NCBI GenBank assembly: GCA_035601235.1
Contig: DATNOR010000160.1
Coordinates: forward strand, 2,137-66,136
Reading direction: 5' to 3'
Source: Gemmatimonadales bacterium
GTDB lineage: Bacteria > Gemmatimonadota > Gemmatimonadetes > Gemmatimonadales > GWC2-71-9
Length of the DNA stretch: 64,000 nucleotides
The notes beneath the pieces are model-generated. The model was not told where the DNA came from, ran no database searches, and worked only from the letters and a program-made list of their open reading frames with translations. Below, piece by piece: positions 17,962 to 28,223 of the stretch (position 1 is the first letter of the stretch; every line of letters starts with the position of its first letter). The translations under genes and the position numbers were made by a program.

Positions 17962-19917
17962 ATGCCGATCTGGCTTCGTCTCGTGCTTGTCGTCGCCGCG
18001 CTCGTCCCCAGTCGCGCGTTCGCCCAGACTGGCGCCGCCGCGACGGGGCCCGAGAATCTCGTGATGGACGGGGTGCCGCCGATCCCGTCGCGCATCGCTG
18101 ACGTGGCGCGCCGCTACGGGGAGTTTCGAGCCGCCGACTTCTGGGACTGGCACCCGACGCGACGCGAGATGATCATCGCCACCCGGTTCGGCGACGCGCC
18201 CCAGCTGCACCGCGTCGCGTTTCCGGGCGGGGCGCGCACACAGCTGACGTTCTTCCCCGACCCCGTCTCCGGCGCCTCGTACCAGCCCGTCGACGGCCGC
18301 TACCTCGTGTTCACCAAGGACGTCGGCGGTGCGGAGTTCTTCCAGAAGTACCGCTACGATGTCGCGACCGGTGATATCACCCTGCTGACCGACGGCAAGT
18401 CGCGGAACGTCGGCGGCGCCTGGTCGCACAAGGGCGACCGGTACGCCTACATGTCCACGCGCCGCGACGGACGCGACCTGGACCTGTGGGTGATGGACCC
18501 GTCCGAACCGGCGAGCGACCGCGTGGTGCTCCAGTTGGAGGGCGGCGGCTATGAGCCCGCCGACTGGTCCCCGGACGACCGCCAGATCCTGCTGGCGCAG
18601 GCGATCTCCGTCAACGAAGGCTATCTCTGGCGCGTCGACGTCGCGAGCGGGCAGAAGACACTCCTCACGCCGAAGCAGCCGGGCGACAGCGTCGCGTACG
18701 GCGCGGCCCAGTTCAGTCGCGACGGCAAAGGCCTCTACGTCACGACCGATCGCGGCTCGCAGTTCCAGCGCCTCGCCTACCTGGACCTCGCCACGGGACG
18801 CTATCGGTTCCTCACGAGCGGCATCCCGTGGGACGTGGACGAGTTGGACCTGTCGCCCGACGGACGCTCCATCGCCTTCGTGACCAACGAAGCGGGGATT
18901 AGCGTGCTGCGCGTGATCGACGCCGCGACGGGCAGCGAGCGCCGCCTGCCCAAGCTGCCCACAGGACAGATCTTTGGCATCCGCTGGCGACGCACCGGCG
19001 CCGAGCTGGGGTTCACGCTGACCTCGGCGCGCGCCCCCGCCGACGCCTACTCGCTCGATCTCGGTAGCGGCAAGCTCACGCGCTGGACCGAGAGCGAGAC
19101 CGCGGGCCTCAGCACGCGCGACTTTGCCGAGGCCGAGCTGGTGCACTGGCCCAGCTTCGACGGCCGGGAGATTACCGGCTTCCTCTATAAGCCGCCCGCC
19201 CGATTCGCGGGCCGCCGCCCGGTGATCATCAACATCCACGGCGGGCCCGAGGGACAGTCGCGCCCCGGATTCCTGGGCCGCGACAACTACTACGTCCAGG
19301 AGCTGGGGATCGCGCTCATTTTCCCGAACATCCGGGGCTCGACCGGCTTCGGGAAGACGTTCGTGAAGCTCGACAACGGCGCGCTGCGGGAGGGCGCCTA
19401 CCGCGACATCGGAGCCCTGCTGGAGTGGATCCGCACCCGACCGGACCTCGACCCCGAGCACGTCCTCGTGACGGGCGGCAGCTATGGGGGGCACATGACG
19501 CTCGTCACGGCCACGCGCTATGACGGGCCCATCTGCTGCTCGGTCGACGTGGTGGGGATCTCGAACCTCGCCACCTTCCTGCAGCACACCTCGGGGTATC
19601 GCCAGGACCTGCGGCGCGTCGAGTACGGCGACGAGCGGGACTCGACCACGCGCGCGTGGATGGAGCGCACCGCCCCGCTCAACAATGTGGACAAGGTCAC
19701 GAAGCCGCTCTTCATTATCCAGGGCATGAACGACCCCCGCGTCCCGCGCAGCGAGGCCGAGCAGATGGTCGCCGCCCTCAAGCGGCGCAGCGTCCCCGTG
19801 TGGTATCTGATGGCGAAAGACGAGGGTCACGGCTTCCGCAAGAAGGGCAATCAAGACTTTCAGTTTTCAGCGACGATCCTGTTCACCGAGAGCTACTTGC
19901 TGGGCCTCACCCCCTGA
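17962..19917 (+). CDS. S9-family serine peptidase (prolyl oligopeptidase/DPP-type) with N-terminal PD40 propeller
   Basis: I trimmed the start to ATG 17962, which gives the signal peptide MPIWLRLVLVVAALVPSRAFAQ. It has WSPDD/SPDG repeats, the nucleophile motif GGSYGGHMT, and a C-terminal GHGF. Confidence 0.85.
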   Translation: MPIWLRLVLVVAALVPSRAFAQTGAAATGPENLVMDGVPPIPSRIADVARRYGEFRAADFWDWHPTRREMIIATRFGDAPQLHRVAFPGGARTQLTFFPDPVSGASYQPVDGRYLVFTKDVGGAEFFQKYRYDVATGDITLLTDGKSRNVGGAWSHKGDRYAYMSTRRDGRDLDLWVMDPSEPASDRVVLQLEGGGYEPADWSPDDRQILLAQAISVNEGYLWRVDVASGQKTLLTPKQPGDSVAYGAAQFSRDGKGLYVTTDRGSQFQRLAYLDLATGRYRFLTSGIPWDVDELDLSPDGRSIAFVTNEAGISVLRVIDAATGSERRLPKLPTGQIFGIRWRRTGAELGFTLTSARAPADAYSLDLGSGKLTRWTESETAGLSTRDFAEAELVHWPSFDGREITGFLYKPPARFAGRRPVIINIHGGPEGQSRPGFLGRDNYYVQELGIALIFPNIRGSTGFGKTFVKLDNGALREGAYRDIGALLEWIRTRPDLDPEHVLVTGGSYGGHMTLVTATRYDGPICCSVDVVGISNLATFLQHTSGYRQDLRRVEYGDERDSTTRAWMERTAPLNNVDKVTKPLFIIQGMNDPRVPRSEAEQMVAALKRRSVPVWYLMAKDEGHGFRKKGNQDFQFSATILFTESYLLGLTP

Positions 19918-19946
19918 CCCCTTCTCCACAACGTGGAGAGGGGGGA
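19911..19946. repeat. REP-like hairpin element, copy 1 (also a likely bidirectional terminator)
   Basis: The sequence is ccccTGAcccc-ttctccac-aac-gtggagagggggg. The TGA inside the element is the stop codon of the S9 peptidase. It lies between convergent genes. Confidence 0.55.
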
Positions 19947-19962
19947 CTTAAGAGTGGTCAAG

Positions 19963-20949
<987 letters not shown>

Positions 20950-21028
20950 ACGAACCTCGCTCGGGTGCGATGTAGGACTGCGTTCAACTCCGGGGACGCG
21001 GCCCAGGTTCCGCGGATCTCGTGCCGGC

Positions 21029-21697
21029 TCAGTCGCGGTCCCGCAACAGCCGCCAGGTCACGCCGCCCGAAGTCGAGTCGAGCACCACCAGCGTCTGCGC
21101 TTGCCCATCGCCCAGCACGAGAGCGCCGGTGGCGAGCAGCGTATCTGTCGTCCCGGCGTGCGAAATTACGACGGACCAGCTCCCCGGCGCGGCGTCGAAG
21201 TAGCGCGTCACGGCGCGGAAGTTGAGCGGCGCGGCGGTGCCGAGCAGCGTCGCGCTCCCCGGCTCGGTCCGGTATGCGTCGACCGGAGGCGCGGCGGCGG
21301 CGAAGCTCGCCAGGCGCAGCCGCGCATGCCCCGCTGCCGGTACGGCGCCGCTGTCCGACACCACTATCGGAAGGATGGTCACCGATCCGCTCACCATTGT
21401 GTCGATCGCAAAGCCACTGTAGTTCACGCCTTCCATCGTGTTGAAGAGCAAGATGAGGGAGGGCGTCGCGTCGGCAGGCTGAAGTGTGAGGTCGTGCTCA
21501 CCAGGCGACAGGGAGATGGCTCGGCTCTGCTCACCGAACGCGAGCGCTTGCCCCCGGCCACCGTCCACAAAGACGGTGAGCGGCGGTCCGCCCGGAATGG
21601 TGTGCAGCAGGCGCAACTGAGACGCCTGGGGCGGCGGCGGGCCGCTGCCGTTGTCACACGCCCCAAGCGTGAGAACGGCGACGACGGCGACGAGCAT
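21029..21697 (-). CDS. Lipoprotein, DUF4397-like
   Basis: I trimmed the start to ATG 21697, giving a lipobox VLTLGAC. Repeated beta-rich segments ([37 protein letters not shown]) resemble DUF4397. Confidence 0.55.
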   Translation of the reverse strand: MLVAVVAVLTLGACDNGSGPPPPQASQLRLLHTIPGGPPLTVFVDGGRGQALAFGEQSRAISLSPGEHDLTLQPADATPSLILLFNTMEGVNYSGFAIDTMVSGSVTILPIVVSDSGAVPAAGHARLRLASFAAAAPPVDAYRTEPGSATLLGTAAPLNFRAVTRYFDAAPGSWSVVISHAGTTDTLLATGALVLGDGQAQTLVVLDSTSGGVTWRLLRDRD

Positions 21698-21705
21698 CCG
21701 GCCGG

Positions 21706-22482
21706 TCACGCAGGTCCCCGGTCCACCACGTACACGTTGCGCTGCGCCGTCGGCACGAGGATCAGGTCCAGGATATTCACGTGCTCCGGGAGGTTCACGA
21801 TGTAGGCGATCGTGTCGGCCACGTCGTCCGCCGTGAGCGGCTGGAATCCCTGGTACACCGCCTTGGCGCGCTCCCGGTCGCCGTGGAACCGCACCTCGGA
21901 GAACTCCGTCTCCACGAAGCCGGGGTCCACCTCGGAGACGCGGATCGGCGTCCCCGCCACGTCGAGGTTCATCCCTTCCGTCAACGCCCGCACGCCGAAT
22001 TTGGTCGCGTTGTAGACGTTGCCCATCGGATAGGTCTGATGCCCGGCCGTGCTCCCGATGTTCACGACGTGACCCCGGCGCCGCGCCACCATGTGCGGCA
22101 GGAGCGCCCGGGTCACGTTGAGCAGCCCCTTCAGGTTGGTGTCGATCATGCGGTCCCAGTCCTCGGGATCGCCTTCGTGCACCTTGGACAGACCGCTCGC
22201 GAGGCCGGCGTTGTTGATCAGGACGTCGGGCACCTGCCCGGCCGCGACGAGCTGCTCCGCCGCCTGGCTCACCGCGGCGCGATCGCGCACGTCCACCTCG
22301 GCGAGCTGTGGGGCCACGCGATGCTGTTTCTCGAGCGCGCGGGCGAGCGCTTCCAGCCGCGCGCGGCGCCGTGCCCACAGCGCGAGCTGCGCACCCTCGG
22401 CCGCGAAGCGGCGCGCGCACGCCTCGCCAATTCCAGAGCTCGCACCCGTGATCAAGATCAGCTTTCCCTTGATGCGATTCAT
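21706..22482 (-). CDS. Short-chain dehydrogenase/reductase (YdfG/serine 3-dehydrogenase-like)
   Basis: It has TGASSGIGEA (the NAD(P)-binding motif), NNAG, and the catalytic Y..xK (YNATK). Confidence 0.9.
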   Translation of the reverse strand: MNRIKGKLILITGASSGIGEACARRFAAEGAQLALWARRRARLEALARALEKQHRVAPQLAEVDVRDRAAVSQAAEQLVAAGQVPDVLINNAGLASGLSKVHEGDPEDWDRMIDTNLKGLLNVTRALLPHMVARRRGHVVNIGSTAGHQTYPMGNVYNATKFGVRALTEGMNLDVAGTPIRVSEVDPGFVETEFSEVRFHGDRERAKAVYQGFQPLTADDVADTIAYIVNLPEHVNILDLILVPTAQRNVYVVDRGPA

Positions 22483-22548
22483 CCCACCCCTCCCACGATT
22501 CTCCGTGACGTCTCTCCGTGACGCCTTTCCGCGACGTCTTTTTATTCT

Positions 22549-23709
22549 CTATCTCATGTTCCCCGTATGCCCGAGCGAGTATCTGCCCGGCTGCGGCCAG
22601 ACGCATAACCCGTGCGGCTCCCGCCCCACCTTGATGCGGTGCGTCAGGTGGCCCGTCCCCGTGTCAAAAACGTAGACTTCTTCGTCGTAGCGACCCGACA
22701 CCCACAGCTCCTTCCCGTCCGCGGTCACGTTCCCCATGTCCGGGCTGCCGCCGCCCGGCACCGGCCAGGTCGCGACGATCTGCTCGGTGCGCGGATCGAG
22801 CACGGTGACGGAGCCTGGACCGCGCCGCCCACCCGCCGTTGTGTTCCACCCGCGATTCGTGATATAGAGCAGCCGGCCGTCCCGGCTCGGGTAGATGCCG
22901 TGCGTCCCCCGCCCGGTCGGGATGAACCCGACGCGTCGGAACGCCTCCGGGTCCACGAGAAACACGCCGTTCGCTTTCATATCGGCGACGTAGAACACGC
23001 GGCCGTCCGGGGAAGACCGGATGTCCTGCGGCATGGCGGTGCTGTCGAGCCCCCCGGGGTCCAGCGTCAGATATCCCACCACGGCGCGCGCGTCCAGGTC
23101 CACTTTCACGAGCTGGCCCGAGAACTCGCACGTCGCGACGCCGAACCGACCGTCGGCGGTGAACTCCATGTGGTCCACGCCCTTGCACTGAACAGGCAAC
23201 GACTGCACCAACGTCATCGTCCGGGCGTCGCGGAAGTCGAGCCGCCGCCGCCGCTCGGCCACCACGATGGCGAACCGGCCGTCGGGCGTGAAGTACAGGT
23301 TGTAGGGATCGTCCACCGGTACGCTCGCGCCTTCCTGACCGGTGGTGGGATCGATCGGTGTGAGCGTGCCGCCGAGATTGTTCGCGACCCAGAGCGTCGT
23401 GAGGTCGTACGCGGGCACCACGTGCTGCGGCAGCGCTCCCGTCGGGAACGTCCGCAGCACGCGATAGCTAGGCGCGTCGATCACGGTCACCGTTCCGTCC
23501 TTCGAGTTCGGGACGTAGACCAGCGGGCGCGCCTGCGCCGCCCGCGGCGAGAGACGGTTCGCGCCTGCGGCGGCGTACAGGTTCACGGTATCGGTACGCG
23601 CCGCCGTGTCGGGAGCCGCGACGCGCCCGGCGGGCGCCGGCCGCCGCTCCCCCCGGCACGAGGCGGCGAGCACGAGCGCCCCGACGGCTGCGACTAGTCG
23701 CGTGGCCAT
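22549..23709 (-). CDS. Secreted YVTN-type beta-propeller repeat protein
   Basis: It has a signal/lipobox-like N-terminus (LVLAASC) and repeated V..PDG...YV.N-type blades. Confidence 0.65.
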   Translation of the reverse strand: MATRLVAAVGALVLAASCRGERRPAPAGRVAAPDTAARTDTVNLYAAAGANRLSPRAAQARPLVYVPNSKDGTVTVIDAPSYRVLRTFPTGALPQHVVPAYDLTTLWVANNLGGTLTPIDPTTGQEGASVPVDDPYNLYFTPDGRFAIVVAERRRRLDFRDARTMTLVQSLPVQCKGVDHMEFTADGRFGVATCEFSGQLVKVDLDARAVVGYLTLDPGGLDSTAMPQDIRSSPDGRVFYVADMKANGVFLVDPEAFRRVGFIPTGRGTHGIYPSRDGRLLYITNRGWNTTAGGRRGPGSVTVLDPRTEQIVATWPVPGGGSPDMGNVTADGKELWVSGRYDEEVYVFDTGTGHLTHRIKVGREPHGLCVWPQPGRYSLGHTGNMR

Positions 23710-24659
23710 GCGATCAGGATCTTGCCGACGTTGCGGTTCTCCCGCATGCGCTGGAACGCCTCGGCCGCCCGGTCGACCGGGAACACCGAGTCCACGGGCA
23801 CCCGCAGCTCGCCCGACGCGAACCCGGGAAGAATCTCCCGCGTGAAGCGCGCCACGATCGCCCCCTTCTCCGCGCGGCTCCGCGCGCGCAGCGTCGAGCC
23901 CAGCAACCGCGCGCGCTTGTGCATCAGGAGGGTGAGACCGAGCTCGGCGTGCGCACCCCCCATGGTCGAGATGAATACGACCCGCCCCCGCCCCCCGGTC
24001 GCCAGGACGCGCATATCGCCCGCGAGGCTCGGCGCGCCGATGGGATCGAGCACGACATCCACCGCGTCGCGCCCCCAGCGCTCCTCGATCTGCTCGGCGA
24101 AATCCTGCCGCCCCGTATCGATCACCAGATCCGCCCCCGCGCTTGTCAGGGCCACCAACTTTTCAGAGGTCCGCGTCGTGGCCGCGACCCGGGTGCCCAG
24201 CAGCTTTCCGAGCTGAATCGCCGCCAGGCCGACTCCCGACGCGCCCGCGTGCACCAGCAGCGTCTCGCCCCGGCGAAGCCCTGCTTCCATGACCAGGTTG
24301 ACGAACGCCGTGAGAAAGGCCTCGGGGATGCCCGCGGCGGTGACCAGGTCCAAACGCGTGGGCGCCGGGAACAGCTGGCCCGCCGGGGCGGCCACGTAGT
24401 CGGCGTGGCCGCCCCCGGCGACCAGGGCGCACACCGCCTCTCCAGTCGCGTCGCTGGTTCCCGACAGCTCGAGCCCGATGATGTCCGGCTCACCCGCCGG
24501 AGGCGGGTAGCGCCCGGCGATCTGCAGCAGGTCGGCGCGGTTCACTCCGGAAGCCGCGACGCGCACCAGGACCTCGCCGTCGCGCGGCACCGGCCGCGCG
24601 GCCTCCGCCAGCGAGGCGACGTAGCGACCCTCGAGCTCGCTGACCTGGAGGAACCTCAT
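23694..24659 (-). CDS. NAD(P)H:quinone oxidoreductase (MDR/zeta-crystallin family)
   Basis: 321 aa with GVNRADL, HAGASGVGLAAIQL and a C-terminal GKILI pattern typical of Qor. Confidence 0.85.
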   Translation of the reverse strand: MRFLQVSELEGRYVASLAEAARPVPRDGEVLVRVAASGVNRADLLQIAGRYPPPAGEPDIIGLELSGTSDATGEAVCALVAGGGHADYVAAPAGQLFPAPTRLDLVTAAGIPEAFLTAFVNLVMEAGLRRGETLLVHAGASGVGLAAIQLGKLLGTRVAATTRTSEKLVALTSAGADLVIDTGRQDFAEQIEERWGRDAVDVVLDPIGAPSLAGDMRVLATGGRGRVVFISTMGGAHAELGLTLLMHKRARLLGSTLRARSRAEKGAIVARFTREILPGFASGELRVPVDSVFPVDRAAEAFQRMRENRNVGKILIAWPRD

Positions 24660-24780
24660 GGCGCGAATACTAGTGCCGTTCCAACATCATGGGAGTGGGC
24701 ATCGGTCGCTCGCGTTCGCATCACAAATCGTTGGAACGGCACTAGCCGGACGGGGCACGTCCGTGCAAAATTCCGGCGCC

Positions 24781-25404
24781 ATGAAACGACGCTGCTGGGC
24801 CGGGGACGACGCCGAGCCGTTGATGCTCGCCTACCACGACGAGGAGTGGGGTGTCCCGCTGCACGGCGATCGGGAGCTGTTCGCCAAGCTCGTGCTCGAC
24901 GGCTTCCAGGCCGGCCTCTCGTGGCGCGTGATCCTCAACAAGCGGGCGCGCTTTCTCGAAGCGTTCGATGGGTTCGACCCGGAGCGCATGGCGCGCTACG
25001 ACCGCAAGAAGATCGGCCAGCTGCTCAAGGATCCGGGCATCGTCCGCAACCGTCAGAAGGTCGCGGCCGCGGTGTCCAACGCCCGGGCCTTTCTCCAGTT
25101 CTCTCCGCGCGAGGGGCCGTTCGGCCGCTTTCTCTGGAGTTTCGTGGGGGGCCTCCCCAAACAGAACCGGCGCCGCAGCCTGCGCGAGCTGCCGGCGCGC
25201 ACCCGTGAATCCGACGCCATGAGCGAAGCCCTGGTCGACCGCGGCTTCCGCTTCGTCGGGCCGACCATCTGCTACGCCTTCATGCAGGCGGTCGGGATGG
25301 TCAACGACCACCTCATCACGTGCTTCCGTCACGCAGAAGTCCGGCGGCTCAGCGTTCCCCCTCTCCCGAAGGGAGAGGGGGTCAGGGGGCGAGGACCGCG
25401 GTAG
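24781..25404 (+). CDS. tag: DNA-3-methyladenine glycosylase I
   Basis: I trimmed the start to ATG 24781. It has the strong Tag signature YHDEEWGVP..D...F..L.L.GFQAGLSW..IL.KR. The C-terminal tail runs into REP copy 2. Confidence 0.85.
   Translation: MKRRCWAGDDAEPLMLAYHDEEWGVPLHGDRELFAKLVLDGFQAGLSWRVILNKRARFLEAFDGFDPERMARYDRKKIGQLLKDPGIVRNRQKVAAAVSNARAFLQFSPREGPFGRFLWSFVGGLPKQNRRRSLRELPARTRESDAMSEALVDRGFRFVGPTICYAFMQAVGMVNDHLITCFRHAEVRRLSVPPLPKGEGVRGRGPR
25357..25389. repeat. REP-like hairpin element, copy 2 (inverted relative to copy 1)
   Basis: The sequence is cccctctccc-gaa-gggagagggg-gTCAgggg. The reverse complement matches copy 1 (ccccTGAcccc.tctcc..ggagagggg). Its TGA is the stop of the amidase on the minus strand. 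Confidence 0.55.
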
Positions 25405-27001
25405 GCAGGAATCGCGGAGACCGCCGAGCCTTCATCGCCTGCTCGAACGCGTACGCGAACTTGATCAGGGCCGCCTCGCTCCAGGGACGCCCCACGAACG
25501 ACAGCCCCACCGGCAACCCAGCCACGTAGCCCATCGGCACCGTCACGTGTGGATAGCCGGCCACGGCCGCGGGACTGGAAAAGCTGCCGCCACCGCCCGG
25601 GTCCCCGTTCACCAGGTCGATGAGCGAGGGCGGGCCGCCCGTGGGGGCGACCAGCGCATCCAGCTGGTGCTCTGCCATCACGACGTCGATCCCCTGGGTG
25701 CGCGCCAGCAGGTGATTCTTGTCCAGCGCCCGCAGGTAGTCCTGATCGGTGAGCGGCCCCTTCGCCTCGGCCTGCGTGAAGATCTCCTGCCCGAAGTAGG
25801 GCATCTCCTGTCCCTTGTTGCGGTCGTTGAACGCGATCAGGTCAGCCAACGTCTTCGCGGTCGCTCCCGGCGCCCATTCGGCGAGGTACCGGTTCAGGTC
25901 CGCCTTGAACTCGTACAGCAGCACGGCGAACTCGCTGTCGTCGAATTGGCCGACGGTGGCGATGTCGGCGGGATCGACGATCACTGCCCCGAGCCGTTTG
26001 AGCGCATCGATCGCGCTCTCCATCAAGGCGTCGGTACCGGGGCTGTTGCCCATGAAGTGGGAGCGGCACACGCCGAGGCGGGCGCCCTTGAGGCCGGCGG
26101 AGTCGAGCGATGAGGAATAATCCGAGGCCGAATGGCCGGCGCTCGCCGCCGTCGCATCATCGTGGGGATCCACGCCGGTGAGCGCGCCCAGCAGGGTCGC
26201 CGCGTCGGCGACCGTGCGGGCCATGGGGCCCGCGGTGTCCTGGTTGTGGGCGATGGGGATGACGCCGGCCCGGCTCACGAGGCCGAGCGTCGGCTTAATG
26301 CCCACGATCGAGCAGCAGGTCGAGGGCGACACGATGGAGCCGTCGGTCTCGGTCCCGATGGCCGCCGCGCACAGGCTCGCCGCCACGGCGACCCCGGACC
26401 CCGAGCTCGAGCCGGACGGCGTGCGATCGAGCGCGTAGGGGTTGCGACACTGCCCTCCCCGCCCGCTCCAGCCGCTCGACGAGTGGGTCGAGCGGAAGTT
26501 GGCCCACTCGGACAAGTTCGCTTTGCCGAGCAGCACCGCACCCGCCGCGCGCAGCCGCTCCACCAGGAACGCGTCACGCGGCGGGGACACGCCCACCAGC
26601 GCGAGCGAGCCCGCCGTGCTCTGCATGCGGTCGCGCGTCGCCACATTATCCTTCACGAGGATGGGGATGCCGTGCAGCGGCCCCCGCGGGCCCTTGGCCT
26701 TGCGCTCCGCATCGAGCGCCGTGGCCTGAGTGAGCGCGTCGGGATTGGTCTCCAGCACCGAGCGCAGTCCCGGCCCCTTCCTGTCCAGGGCTTCGATCCG
26801 CTGCAGATACGCGGTGGTGATGGAACGGGCGGTGTACTTCCCGGACGCCATCCCCGCCTGCAGCTCCGCGATGGTCGCGTCCTCGAGCTCGAACGGAGCA
26901 GGTGGACTGACCCCGGGCGCAAACCCGGGGATCACGGAGCTGATACTGGCGACCCCCGCCAACTCGACGAACGCACGACGGTCCATCACCGATCGGGTCA
27001 T
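25382..27001 (-). CDS. Amidase-signature family amidase, Tat-exported
   Basis: It has the amidase signature GGSSSGSGVAVAA with upstream K (ILVKDN) and Ser residues. The N-terminus has a twin-arginine motif, MTRSVMDRRAFVELAG. GTG 27025 is an alternative start. Confidence 0.85.
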   Translation of the reverse strand: MTRSVMDRRAFVELAGVASISSVIPGFAPGVSPPAPFELEDATIAELQAGMASGKYTARSITTAYLQRIEALDRKGPGLRSVLETNPDALTQATALDAERKAKGPRGPLHGIPILVKDNVATRDRMQSTAGSLALVGVSPPRDAFLVERLRAAGAVLLGKANLSEWANFRSTHSSSGWSGRGGQCRNPYALDRTPSGSSSGSGVAVAASLCAAAIGTETDGSIVSPSTCCSIVGIKPTLGLVSRAGVIPIAHNQDTAGPMARTVADAATLLGALTGVDPHDDATAASAGHSASDYSSSLDSAGLKGARLGVCRSHFMGNSPGTDALMESAIDALKRLGAVIVDPADIATVGQFDDSEFAVLLYEFKADLNRYLAEWAPGATAKTLADLIAFNDRNKGQEMPYFGQEIFTQAEAKGPLTDQDYLRALDKNHLLARTQGIDVVMAEHQLDALVAPTGGPPSLIDLVNGDPGGGGSFSSPAAVAGYPHVTVPMGYVAGLPVGLSFVGRPWSEAALIKFAYAFEQAMKARRSPRFLPTAVLAP

Positions 27002-27078
27002 TGGCCGCTCCCGCGTGAATGACACAGGGTGGGTGGGCGGCTAAACTTGCTGCCACCCTTGCCGGACGGCCAGCGACG

Positions 27079-27960
27079 ATGCGGGTGGGCGGACAGTCGG
27101 AAGTCGGGAGGCTCCTCTCGGTGGCGATCAAGCCCGCGGGCGACGCGTTCCAGAGCGCGGCCGCGGTCGATCGCCAGTGGCGCGACCTGGGCTACACGGC
27201 GCCGCCGGAGCTCGGGGCAGCTAGCCCCGAGTACCGGGCGTTTCTCGCCCTGCTCGAGACCGCGGGGGCAGAGATCCTGTGCCTTCCGCCGGACGACAGC
27301 GTCGGTCTCGACTCGCTGTACGCCCGGGACGCCTCGATCGTGTGCGATGCCGGCGTGATCCTCTGTAACATGGGAAAGCCGCAGCGTCGCACCGAGCCCG
27401 CCGCTCAGGAGGCGGCGCTGCGCGCGGCCAGCGTGCCGATTCGCGGCCGCATCACCGGCGACGGCCGCCTCGAGGGCGGAGACGTCTGCTGGATCGACCA
27501 GCGCACGCTGGCGGTGGGCCGGGGTTACCGAACCAACGATGCGGGGATCAGCCAGCTGCGAGACTTGGTGGCGGGATGCGTGGACGAGGTGATCGTCGTG
27601 GCCCTGCCGCACTGGCGCGGGCCGGAGGACGTGTTTCACCTCATGTCGATCGTGAGTCCAATCGCCCGCGACCTGTTCCTCGTCTACGCCCCGCTCCTGC
27701 CGGTGCCGTTCCGCGAGGCCCTGCTCGCGCGGGGCATCGAGCTGGTGGAGGTGCCTGCGCCGGAGTTCGAGACGCTGGGCTGCAACGTGCTCGCGATCGC
27801 GGAGCGCGAGGTTCTGATGGTGGCGGGGAACCCGGCGACGCGGGCCCGGTTGGAGCAGGCCGGCGTGACCGTGCACGAGTTCGCGGGGCGGGAGATCTGC
27901 CTCAAGGGGGGCGGGGGGCCCACCTGTCTGACGCGGCCGCTGGCGCGGCAGGTCGGATGA
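27079..27960 (+). CDS. Amidinotransferase-fold enzyme (dimethylarginine dimethylaminohydrolase / arginine deiminase-like)
   Basis: I trimmed the start to ATG 27079. The C-terminal GGGGPTCLTRPL contains the catalytic Cys typical of the guanidino-modifying fold. It also has the FHLMS motif. Confidence 0.7.
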   Translation: MRVGGQSEVGRLLSVAIKPAGDAFQSAAAVDRQWRDLGYTAPPELGAASPEYRAFLALLETAGAEILCLPPDDSVGLDSLYARDASIVCDAGVILCNMGKPQRRTEPAAQEAALRAASVPIRGRITGDGRLEGGDVCWIDQRTLAVGRGYRTNDAGISQLRDLVAGCVDEVIVVALPHWRGPEDVFHLMSIVSPIARDLFLVYAPLLPVPFREALLARGIELVEVPAPEFETLGCNVLAIAEREVLMVAGNPATRARLEQAGVTVHEFAGREICLKGGGGPTCLTRPLARQVG

Positions 27961-28016
27961 CCCCACGGCGCCGCCGGTGGCCTTATATTGGCACAACCCC
28001 GCTCTTGGAGGCCCGC

Positions 28017-28214
28017 ATGACGAGGACCATCCTGGCAGCCGTAGGGTTGATCGGATTGGCCGCCTGTGGCGGCGGCAGCCATCGGACGACGAGGACGAAC
28101 ACGGCAACGCCGCCCAGGACCGAGTCCCGGGCGACCAGGGCGACCTCGCAGAAGCGCAAGGGTGCCGCCCGGCGTGACACGACCACCCAGCGGAACCCGC
28201 TCACCAACCGCTAG
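28017..28214 (+). CDS. Small (65 aa) basic lipoprotein, hypothetical
   Basis: ATG 28017 is preceded by GGAGG at a 5-nt spacing. It has a lipobox LIGLAAC followed by a Thr/Arg-rich low-complexity tail. Confidence 0.45.
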   Translation: MTRTILAAVGLIGLAACGGGSHRTTRTNTATPPRTESRATRATSQKRKGAARRDTTTQRNPLTNR

Positions 28215-28223
28215 CCCCGCACC

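Noticed and set aside
17791-19854. A 687-aa ORF on the minus strand, and similar very long ORFs at 10370..12223 (+), 28332..29561 (+), 29558..30961 (+), 35940..37991 (+), 39460..41574 (+), 41496..43172 (-), 43766..44887 (-), 62648..63922 (-) and 1237..2391 (-).
   Set aside because: All are antisense or out of frame to genes with unmistakable family motifs. Their translations are Arg/Gly/Pro/His-rich low-complexity strings with no motifs. This is the usual stop-codon-poor shadow ORF phenomenon in roughly 70% GC DNA.
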